A model generated the notes under the pieces. The model was given only the letters and a program-made list of their open reading frames with translations, made no database searches and was not told where the DNA came from. 17,539 nt of DNA from an uncultured archaeon (lineage in GTDB: Archaea > Asgardarchaeota > Lokiarchaeia > Sigyniarchaeales > SOKP01). The stretch's first letter is position 1, and each line of letters starts with the position of its first letter. The stretch spans positions 1-17,539 of the forward strand of contig CAZBPC010000069.1 of assembly GCA_964493715.1 (NCBI GenBank). Reading direction: 5' to 3'. Shown piece by piece: positions 8,741-16,350 of this stretch. A program made the translations under genes and the position numbers.

Positions 8741-8960
8741 ATTTGAATGAATAATTAACCATTTCAAAATATATTCAATAAATTAAGCTTAACAAATATT
8801 TAATAATAGGTTCTGCTATTATAAATAAAAAGTTAACACATACTTTTATAGGATTACTGAGAGAATCATTAGATAATTTGGCACGAGATTTAAGGAGTCT
8901 TTCTAATCACTATATCTTAATTGCACTCATCTCTTACATTTATGCTAAGGTTTAGATAAT

Positions 8961-10373
8961 ATGATCGACCAAAAACCGGAAATTATAAAGGCAGTTGTAT
9001 TCAGTATTTTTGATGAAGATGGTCCAACACCAAAAATCTATTGGCCTAGAGACATGGAAGAATCAGCCAGATTGCTTATTGCCATGAAGACTATATCAAT
9101 TTTAATGGGAGATGCAATTTACCAAGATGGCTCATCTACCAGTGAAATTAACTATTTTGGAATTTTACCTTTCCCAGATCTGAAATTAAATGGTCTAACA
9201 TACTTTTTTTTAATACCTGATTCTCAAGCACGTGGTAATGCCAAAGCTTCTACAATAACAATATTGATTGATGAATCTAATCGAGTATTTTTCTATGAAA
9301 ATATGAAATATCTCCGAATAATTGTAGATAAGGCTGCATCTAAAATCCAGGTAACAAAGGATTTTAATGAAATAGAGAAAATTGTTGAAAGTTTGAAGGA
9401 AGAACTTATAGAATTTACAAAAGATTTAGGAGATATTTTATCAACTAAACGCCAACTAAAGATTCTATTCACGGGGATTGATGGAGCAGGAAAAACTAGC
9501 TTTCTTTTGGGAGTTAAAAAAAGATATTCGGAAATTATTAAGGTTTTACCAACAAAGGGTGTTTCTAGATCACAAGAACACATATTTGAGCAGCAGAACT
9601 CACAGATTTCAATATGGGATTTGGCAGGTCAGAAATCATATCGTGATAAATTTATCGAAGAAAGCAAATTTTATTTATATAATATTGATTTAATGTTTTA
9701 TTTTATTGATATTCAAGATGAAGAAAGGATTGAGGAATCTCTTAAATTATATAAAGAAATAATTTATAACTTAAAGGAGTTAAATGAGTTTCCCTCAATA
9801 ATTATTTGCTTAAATAAACATGATCCTGACTTAAAAGACACCAAACCAATGAGAAAAAGAATAAAAAACGTTACTATTGATATAGAAAAACAATCTGAGG
9901 GATTTTTCTTCAAGATTTTTTACACATCTATATTTGATCACTGGTCCTTGATTTCAGCATATAGTTTTGGTCTTAGTCAACTGAGTCCAAATCGTGAATT
10001 ATTTGTAAACCAATTAAAGCAGTTTGCAATGAATACAAATTCGGAAGCAATTTTGCTACTCAATGATAATGGCATTATATTATCCAGTTATTCAAAATCT
10101 GAGATTTCCGATACAGTGTTTGAAATATCCGCTCCACATTATCAAACATTATTTAAGACGTTTAAAGAGTTTAAGTTATTGAAAAAAGATTATCTCATAT
10201 CATCTGGAATTACTGAGGATTCAAAAAGCATGATTTTTAAGCGGATAATTGTCGATCAATATAATCTTTATCTCCTATTATACGTAGAAGAAGAACAAGG
10301 GATAAAAAAAGTAGAAAAAAATTTATCTGATTTTGTTAAAAATATAAAAGATTTGATTAAAAACTATATTTGA
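8961..10373 (+). CDS. Fusion: uDENN/longin (folliculin/SMCR8-like) + Rag-like small GTPase + roadblock-like C-terminal domain
   Basis: N-terminus has VVFSIFDEDGPTP..YWP and YFFLIPDSQARGNAKASTITILID. GTPase motifs: G1 GIDGAGKT (aa 172-179), PTKG, WDLAGQ, NKHD, TSIFD. C-terminal SAYSFGLSQLSPNRELFVNQLKQFA...EAILLLNDNGIILSSY. Confidence 0.85.
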   Translation: MIDQKPEIIKAVVFSIFDEDGPTPKIYWPRDMEESARLLIAMKTISILMGDAIYQDGSSTSEINYFGILPFPDLKLNGLTYFFLIPDSQARGNAKASTITILIDESNRVFFYENMKYLRIIVDKAASKIQVTKDFNEIEKIVESLKEELIEFTKDLGDILSTKRQLKILFTGIDGAGKTSFLLGVKKRYSEIIKVLPTKGVSRSQEHIFEQQNSQISIWDLAGQKSYRDKFIEESKFYLYNIDLMFYFIDIQDEERIEESLKLYKEIIYNLKELNEFPSIIICLNKHDPDLKDTKPMRKRIKNVTIDIEKQSEGFFFKIFYTSIFDHWSLISAYSFGLSQLSPNRELFVNQLKQFAMNTNSEAILLLNDNGIILSSYSKSEISDTVFEISAPHYQTLFKTFKEFKLLKKDYLISSGITEDSKSMIFKRIIVDQYNLYLLLYVEEEQGIKKVEKNLSDFVKNIKDLIKNYI

Positions 10374-10418
10374 TTCATTTTTTATTAAGATTTAGAAATA
10401 AAAAACAAAAAAAAGGAC

Positions 10419-11672
10419 TTAATAAATCCATTTAATTCGTTTCTTTCTTCTCCTTGAAATCACGATATAAGTTACAACGAAGATGACACCCACTATGGAA
10501 CTTAAAGCAATAATCCAGATTAATTGATAATCAGGAAGTAGATTAGTTCCAAGTACAGTAACTTTGAGAGAATATTGATAACTTTTATCTGAAGTACTTT
10601 GATATACAATGCAAGGATGGGGGAACTCACTTTCGTCAGGTAACATAGGAATGTGAAACCAAGCACCAACATTTAAATTTAATCGTAGATAATCAACTTT
10701 ATTGGCGTAATTTCCTCCTGAATTCCAAGTAGGGTCACAAGCTATCCAACCCATATTTGGCACATAATATTCGACCCACGCATGACCTAAAAACGTGCTT
10801 TCTGATTGATCAGTTAGATGATAATTCCATTGCTGTCCAATATATGGCCTCAATGATGGATTTGCTGATATTACATATCCCGTAACTTTTCTTGCGGGAA
10901 TACCTTGACATCTAAGAAGCGTTATCATTAAAGTAGAATATTCACTGCAATCTCCTCGGGAATGATTAAGTGCCCAAGAAGCTCCCATTTCTTGAGGTGG
11001 AAGTGTATCATCATATGTCAAATAGTCTGAAACCCAATTACAAATTTTTGTGGCTTTTGTGATAGGGTTATCTTCTAGATTAACTATACTATTTGAAGCG
11101 GCTATTATACTTGGATCGGTTGTATTATAATATGTTTCTGAATGATTACAGTATAAATCAAACATCTCATCTGAAGTATCATATAGACCAATTTGACTCA
11201 TATTTGCATTAACAAATGAAATTTCATTTAATTTTACATGATATTTTTGGCTTACGATGATTGACTCAGTTGGTGCTAACGTATTATTAAAAACGTCGTA
11301 AGTATTATTAAATCGATCCTGTAAAGTAAAAGGAGCTTCGCTTGTCCCGATTATTTTACTAAAAAGTAAGGTACTCTCTTGATATGGTGGAACAAAGTGA
11401 GTCAACCTATCATTTGGTTGGCGATCATCTAATCGAGAGAATTGGAACCAATATTGACCACTTGCTGGTGAATTATGTGTCAAAGTGAAGTTAATCTCTA
11501 TTTCATAAGTTACACTTTGAACAATTTCATAATTAGATACTCCATTTTCAGAAGATAAGTCAATTCTGCCATTATTTGGCAAATTTCCATTATAATCTTG
11601 ATAAAAAAACGGAACTAAGATTGACATTAATAGCAACGTTAATAATAGGAAAGATTTTTGCGAACTTTTCAT
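10419..11672 (-). CDS. Membrane-anchored extracellular transglutaminase-like (papain-fold) protein
   Basis: Catalytic triad motifs GDCSEYS, GHAWVE and CDPTW, plus LRCQGIPARKVTGY. Hydrophobic N-terminal signal/TM. C-terminal TM followed by RRRKKR. Many N-x-S/T sequons. Confidence 0.9.
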   Translation of the reverse strand: MKSSQKSFLLLTLLLMSILVPFFYQDYNGNLPNNGRIDLSSENGVSNYEIVQSVTYEIEINFTLTHNSPASGQYWFQFSRLDDRQPNDRLTHFVPPYQESTLLFSKIIGTSEAPFTLQDRFNNTYDVFNNTLAPTESIIVSQKYHVKLNEISFVNANMSQIGLYDTSDEMFDLYCNHSETYYNTTDPSIIAASNSIVNLEDNPITKATKICNWVSDYLTYDDTLPPQEMGASWALNHSRGDCSEYSTLMITLLRCQGIPARKVTGYVISANPSLRPYIGQQWNYHLTDQSESTFLGHAWVEYYVPNMGWIACDPTWNSGGNYANKVDYLRLNLNVGAWFHIPMLPDESEFPHPCIVYQSTSDKSYQYSLKVTVLGTNLLPDYQLIWIIALSSIVGVIFVVTYIVISRRRKKRIKWIY

Positions 11673-11832
11673 CGTTAAGAAAGCTAATTTATTTTATTAA
11701 TGTTATAAAAATTAATATTTTTATCTTTATTCATTATTGAAATAAACTTGACTTGATTTATTGAGATTCCGGATTTTTCTTTTTTGTCATTTTAACAATA
11801 GAAAACATTCTTAAGGGCATGGTCTTATTATC

Positions 11833-12507
11833 TTGATAAGATTTGAAATTTTTCTGATTAGGACTTTGATTTATAAAATTTATTTAATTGATGGAGATAA
11901 CGGCATTTCTATACTTGATACAAGTTTTAAAGAGTTTCAGAAAGATAAAATAGATGATAATTTAATTCCTGGTTTCTTTAATGAAATTAATAAAATTATT
12001 GATAACATTCAAGATGCAATGGCCAAAGGAAAAAAAGAAACTGAATTTGTAAGGATGTTAGAATCAGAATATTCTGTTATATTGATTTATTATCACGCTG
12101 CTTCTAGAATTCTATTTTGCAGTATATCAGATGCAGATGATGATACTGAAAAATTAGTTGAAGTAATTCACAAAATTGCGAATAGGTTTTGGAAAAAACA
12201 CAAATCAGATATCACGAATTTTCGAACCACTACTGAAAAAAGTGCGTTTAAAACTATCGTCGCAGATATTGAAAATTTATGCCACGGGGGGCATATTGCC
12301 GAGGTTTTCCCAAAATTGATGATTGGAAAAGGCGTGTTAGAGAAAATCTTGTCAATGGGCATGATAAATGATTTTGAATATTATGTTGCGTTGAAATGTA
12401 CGGGTGATAATTCGCCTTTAAATATCTCTAGGATAATGCAAAGACCTAAAACTAAAATCATGGATTCATTAAAAAATCTACATCAATTAGATATTATCAC
12501 CATGTGA
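11833..12507 (+). CDS. Longin domain + C-terminal winged-helix protein (NPRL2-like architecture)
   Basis: IYKIYLIDGDNGISIL...DDNLIPGFFNEI...LFCSISDADDD..KLVEVIHKIANRF follows the longin pattern. The tail YVALKCTGDNSPLNISRIM...IMDSLKNLHQLDII looks like a wHTH. The in-frame TTG at 11866 may be the real start. Confidence 0.7.
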   Translation: MIRFEIFLIRTLIYKIYLIDGDNGISILDTSFKEFQKDKIDDNLIPGFFNEINKIIDNIQDAMAKGKKETEFVRMLESEYSVILIYYHAASRILFCSISDADDDTEKLVEVIHKIANRFWKKHKSDITNFRTTTEKSAFKTIVADIENLCHGGHIAEVFPKLMIGKGVLEKILSMGMINDFEYYVALKCTGDNSPLNISRIMQRPKTKIMDSLKNLHQLDIITM

Positions 12508-12627
12508 GATATAGTACCTCTTTTAATAAAAGAATTCTCCCGATTTTTTCAGATTTAAATCGAAAAAAATAAAAGCTTTAAAGGCTTATTTTAAATACTT
12601 TAAAATAAAATCGAAGAGTGCTTGAAT

Positions 12628-13236
12628 ATGGAAAGTAAAGATGCCTTAAAATCTGTTGTAAAGTCACCCGCAAGAGATGCTCACTTAAAGGCAGGGAAAG
12701 GTTTTTCATTATCAGAAATAGAAGCATCAGGACATTCTCTAGAAGTGATCAAAAAACTAAATGTTAAAATAGATTACTTTCGAAAATCCTCTCATGATAA
12801 TAATGTTAATGTGCTTAAATCTATTAAGATAACTACTTCTAAAGATAAAAAGCGGGAACCATTTGTAAAGAAAGAAAAGAAAAGGACCCCATTTAAACCA
12901 AAAACTAAGAAAACTAAGAAAAAACCTACTCCGGCAACTGTGGTAACAGAACAAAAGGCAGAAGTGATATCAAAGGAAAAAGATAAAAAGGAAACCAAGA
13001 AGGAAATTAAAAAGCAACCATCTGAAATAAAACCCGTTGAAACTGGTAATACGCCACTTGTCAAGTTATCTAAACTTGGTCCAACCACTTCATCAAAATT
13101 TAATGAGATTGGAGTTACTTGTGTGGAAGATCTTCTTAAAGAAAACCCCGAAGAATTAGCTTCATTAATCAAGGGATGTTCTGCAGAAAAAATATCAAAA
13201 TGGATTGAAGAAGGAAAGGAACTTATTTCGAAATAG
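12628..13236 (+). CDS. rpl13e: Ribosomal protein eL13 (L13e) fused via a Lys-rich linker to a helix-hairpin-helix domain
   Basis: VKSP...KAGKGFSLSEIEASG...LNVKIDYFRKSSHDNNVNVLK matches the L13e RxGRGFSxxEL...VDxRR.S...NV..LK pattern. C-terminal LSKLGPTTSSKFNEIGV..VEDL...IKGCSAEK..KWIEEG is HhH/DUF4332-like. ATG at 12628 is preferred over TTG at 12622. Confidence 0.85.
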   Translation: MESKDALKSVVKSPARDAHLKAGKGFSLSEIEASGHSLEVIKKLNVKIDYFRKSSHDNNVNVLKSIKITTSKDKKREPFVKKEKKRTPFKPKTKKTKKKPTPATVVTEQKAEVISKEKDKKETKKEIKKQPSEIKPVETGNTPLVKLSKLGPTTSSKFNEIGVTCVEDLLKENPEELASLIKGCSAEKISKWIEEGKELISK

Positions 13237-13340
13237 TTTTATTTTTCTTACTCGATATCCTTAAGAACCTATTATCATTAAGAAGATCTATTTATTCTTT
13301 TACTCTAATAGAAATTTAGCTTACAATTTGAGGGAAAATT

Positions 13341-13838
13341 TTGGAATATAATTATTATGTGTATGAAAAATCTGAAGCTAATATAAAAATTAACAGCATG
13401 CCTAAATGGTTTCAGGAGATTACGTTCGAAGGAAATGAGAATGAAGGAAGTTTGATCCTGCATTCTAATAATGCTTATGATGAATATTGGGGAGCAAATG
13501 CAAAAATGGATATTTCCTGGGAAAAAAAAATACGGGGATCATTTTTCTTCTCAAAAGAAGTACAGCGTTCAATCGATACATATAATGCTATCGGTTTGGT
13601 GGTATTGAATAAAGAGAATACATGGCATTTATCTCATGAATTCACATATTGGTATGGGAGACGCGTGAAAATGTTGCATAAACGACACTACCCTGCCAAA
13701 AGTGTTCACGGAATTTTTTATTGTGATATGACTGAGCGATTATTCAATATTCATACGGAGATCATTGACAAATTTTATGAGAATTTCAAATCTTTCATAG
13801 AAAAAAGCTATGTTTCTTTCATATGTCATGGGGAATAA
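13341..13838 (+). CDS. Hypothetical protein (165 aa)
   Basis: Uninterrupted ORF with a globular, aromatic-rich composition. GAGGG SD-like site before a TTG start. Confidence 0.75.
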   Translation: MEYNYYVYEKSEANIKINSMPKWFQEITFEGNENEGSLILHSNNAYDEYWGANAKMDISWEKKIRGSFFFSKEVQRSIDTYNAIGLVVLNKENTWHLSHEFTYWYGRRVKMLHKRHYPAKSVHGIFYCDMTERLFNIHTEIIDKFYENFKSFIEKSYVSFICHGE

Positions 13839-14563
13839 AATTCATTATTTTTTTCTGCTAAAATGAAATAATTGTCTTTTCCATTGGGTCCTCCTAATTT
13901 GCTCAATCGTAAAATTTTAAATCCAACTAATAATCTTTTAAGTTCATTTTTTGAGAATAGATGATAATAGCGATTAAATGTAATTTGTTTACTTGAAACA
14001 GTCCACGGAATTAAAATATCTCCAAATTCATGCAGACCAAATGATTCTTGCCTCTTCTTATATTTGAATGATAACTTTTGTTTCATGAATTCAAAAAAAA
14101 AATAATTTCTATACTTCTTTTGGAATTTTCTCCATACTGAAATGATAATATATCCATTTTTTCTAAGCATTAAGTTAGAAAACTCCATTATAAGACTCCG
14201 TTCTGTAATATTCATAACATGATGAATAGAAGCGATTGAAAATATAGAATTGATAGAGCTAGGTCTTATAGGAAGTGCTAACATGTCACTCAATAAAAAA
14301 TGGATATTACGTTCTCGTAAATCTTTCCTCTCCCTAGCTAAATGTAAGAAATTTAGTGATTTATCTATTCCAATTACGGAATTGTTAGTTTTTTTTAATA
14401 ATGGCAAATTTCTTCCATTTCCACATCCTAAATCAATAATTATTCCGTTAAATTTATAATCTTGATTGTCCAAATCTTCCAAAAAGATCTTTAATGGAAT
14501 CCAAGGATTCTTTCTTTTATTATCATAGTCCTTGGCAAAACCGTCATAACAAGATTGCTTCAT
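13826..14563 (-). CDS. Class I SAM-dependent methyltransferase, Trm9/ALKBH8-like (putative tRNA U34 carboxymethyl methyltransferase)
   Basis: YDGFAKDYDNKRKNPW, DLGCGNGR, SIASIHH, ISVW, DILIPW and RYYHLFSKNEL parallel the Trm9/ALKBH8 motifs (Y..IA.HF..TR..PW, SIAVIHH, RYYHVF..GEL). Confidence 0.85.
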   Translation of the reverse strand: MKQSCYDGFAKDYDNKRKNPWIPLKIFLEDLDNQDYKFNGIIIDLGCGNGRNLPLLKKTNNSVIGIDKSLNFLHLARERKDLRERNIHFLLSDMLALPIRPSSINSIFSIASIHHVMNITERSLIMEFSNLMLRKNGYIIISVWRKFQKKYRNYFFFEFMKQKLSFKYKKRQESFGLHEFGDILIPWTVSSKQITFNRYYHLFSKNELKRLLVGFKILRLSKLGGPNGKDNYFILAEKNNEFYSP

Positions 14564-14718
14564 ATCTTATTAATAGGGACATATTTTAAAATGGATTTGA
14601 TATATGATTGAAATCTTTTTTAAACATTTTTTTTTAATTGTTACTAACATAAAAAAGTAAATATTATACTTCTAATTTATTGATATAACCTACTAAGTTT
14701 AATTAACAAAGATTTATA

Positions 14719-16350
14719 ATGGAACTATTCAATGAGTTATTGACAGCACTATCTCAATCATTACGAATAGAGATTTTAGATTATTATCAGCGATTTTACT
14801 CCTATACTTTAAATTTGCTTGAGCACAAAAATATTGATATTGGTAATTCAATCGTTCGAAATGACGAAAAAAAAAATATAGGAATAATTAATAGTATTGT
14901 TGAAACTATTGCTTCTGCTTTAAATTCAATTGGTATCACATCTAAATCAATTGATTTTAAAGAAAACCTAACTAAGGAATTTTTATTAAGAAGTAATAAT
15001 GAAATAAAGGATTATAAAGAACTTTTTGATATTATTGGAAAAAAATTTATTAATATACACCTTTTCAATATTATCTTCGAGTATATCATTGATATTGATA
15101 CAGAAAAATTGGATAATTTAGATCTCTTTGATTTGCTTCCTGATAATTTTAAAACAAAGTTAAATGAATTTAAAAAAAACTTACATTTTCAAGATAGAGA
15201 TAAATTTAAAGTTAAATCTTTATACCCGAGTATAGGGAAATTATTTGACTCAACTAGCTTGAAAATTATGGATGAAATAAATTCTAATAATGATTTAGAT
15301 ATAGATATACTTAAAAAACTGCACGATGCCAAGGAAAAGAATATTGAAGCATTAAAGAATCCAATTTTACAAGATACTCGACAATATTCTTTGGAAGAAG
15401 GGCAAAAAAATTCTGTCATAACACCCGATCTAAGTTGCAGATCGTTAAATGGAGATTATTATTATGATCTTTTTGGTAATCTTCCATTACTTAAAAGTGA
15501 AATTATAAAATTAGTGAAAATCGACTTTGATAATTTAATATCCATAGCAAAAAACCCTGAATTCCTGGATTTGGAAAGTCTATTTTATTATGTAAGCATA
15601 CATCAGATATTTGGTTTACAAATACCCTTTAGTACAGGAGAAATTATTAATATTTTAACTCGTTATATAAGTGGAAAGATCTTTAGCACTGGTATGTATC
15701 ATATCTCAAATCCTTTAAGCAACTTTTTCGGTCTTTCAATTATATCTGAATTAAAATTAATAAACGATATTGAGATTGTCGATTTACTGGATATTGAGAT
15801 GTTCCTCGAAAACGAACTTAAATTATATTTACCTCAGAAATTATTTCTAAATTATTTCACCTTAATGAGCCTTAGAATTCTTGAGAAGTGGGGAGTAATT
15901 CTAATGGAAAAAAAGCACTTAGTATCAGAGCAGATCAATTATAAACAAATAAATAAGGATGAAAACAACCTTCCACTAGATTTGTTATGTCAATTGAGTT
16001 TAATTAAATTGCTAGATGATAAAACCGATTTAACATTGCTTAAAGAGTTATATAAAGATGACTTAAAACTATTAATTTCTAAAAAAGGGTTAGTTAATGA
16101 TAACTTAACTGATTCAGCTAGAGTTTTATTAATATTTAAAATACTAGGCATAAATTCTAAAGATGATTTATCAATTTCTATTCTCTTAAATTCAATATTA
16201 ACTAATTCTGAAGTTTTTCATAACTCAAATAAGATGAATAAATTCCATTGGAGTAATGATATTTGTGCATTAAAAGTAGAATTGAGAATGACTTTTTGGA
16301 TGCTCATCGCCCTTTTAGAGTATGAAGACATGCTTGAAACTACAAATTAA
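14719..16350 (+). CDS. Hypothetical protein; C-terminal half resembles degenerate alpha/alpha-barrel (prenyltransferase-like) helical repeats
   Basis: 543-aa ORF with recurring helices LESLFYYVSIHQIFG, PLSNFFGLSIISEL, LNYFTLMSLRIL, LTDSARVLLIFKILG and LRMTFWMLIALL. Confidence 0.6.
   Translation: MELFNELLTALSQSLRIEILDYYQRFYSYTLNLLEHKNIDIGNSIVRNDEKKNIGIINSIVETIASALNSIGITSKSIDFKENLTKEFLLRSNNEIKDYKELFDIIGKKFINIHLFNIIFEYIIDIDTEKLDNLDLFDLLPDNFKTKLNEFKKNLHFQDRDKFKVKSLYPSIGKLFDSTSLKIMDEINSNNDLDIDILKKLHDAKEKNIEALKNPILQDTRQYSLEEGQKNSVITPDLSCRSLNGDYYYDLFGNLPLLKSEIIKLVKIDFDNLISIAKNPEFLDLESLFYYVSIHQIFGLQIPFSTGEIINILTRYISGKIFSTGMYHISNPLSNFFGLSIISELKLINDIEIVDLLDIEMFLENELKLYLPQKLFLNYFTLMSLRILEKWGVILMEKKHLVSEQINYKQINKDENNLPLDLLCQLSLIKLLDDKTDLTLLKELYKDDLKLLISKKGLVNDNLTDSARVLLIFKILGINSKDDLSISILLNSILTNSEVFHNSNKMNKFHWSNDICALKVELRMTFWMLIALLEYEDMLETTN

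Noticed and set aside
8738-8876. Frameshift or TGA (Sec) readthrough restoring the NrdD C-terminus; a 'YFYRITE' peptide near 8841-8861 faintly recalls the glycyl-radical motif SRITGY
   Set aside because: Readthrough meets another TGA two codons later and a TAA shortly after. I found no CxxC pairs downstream. The peptide lacks the essential Gly-Tyr and sits in a short closed frame, so it is most likely coincidence.
9293-9693. Short ORFs inside the longin-GTPase gene
   Set aside because: Antisense or alternative-frame ORFs fully within a well-supported CDS.
12168-15419. Short ORFs at 12168-12362, 12757-12954, 12792-13172, 14250-14459 and 15189-15419
   Set aside because: All are antisense to supported genes. 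Their hydrophobic appearance results from reverse-complementing Lys/Glu codons.
5920-16350. Short 3' overlaps of convergent genes (5920-5931, 13826-13838, 16340-16350)
   Set aside because: Common in compact AT-rich prokaryotic genomes; no special significance evident.
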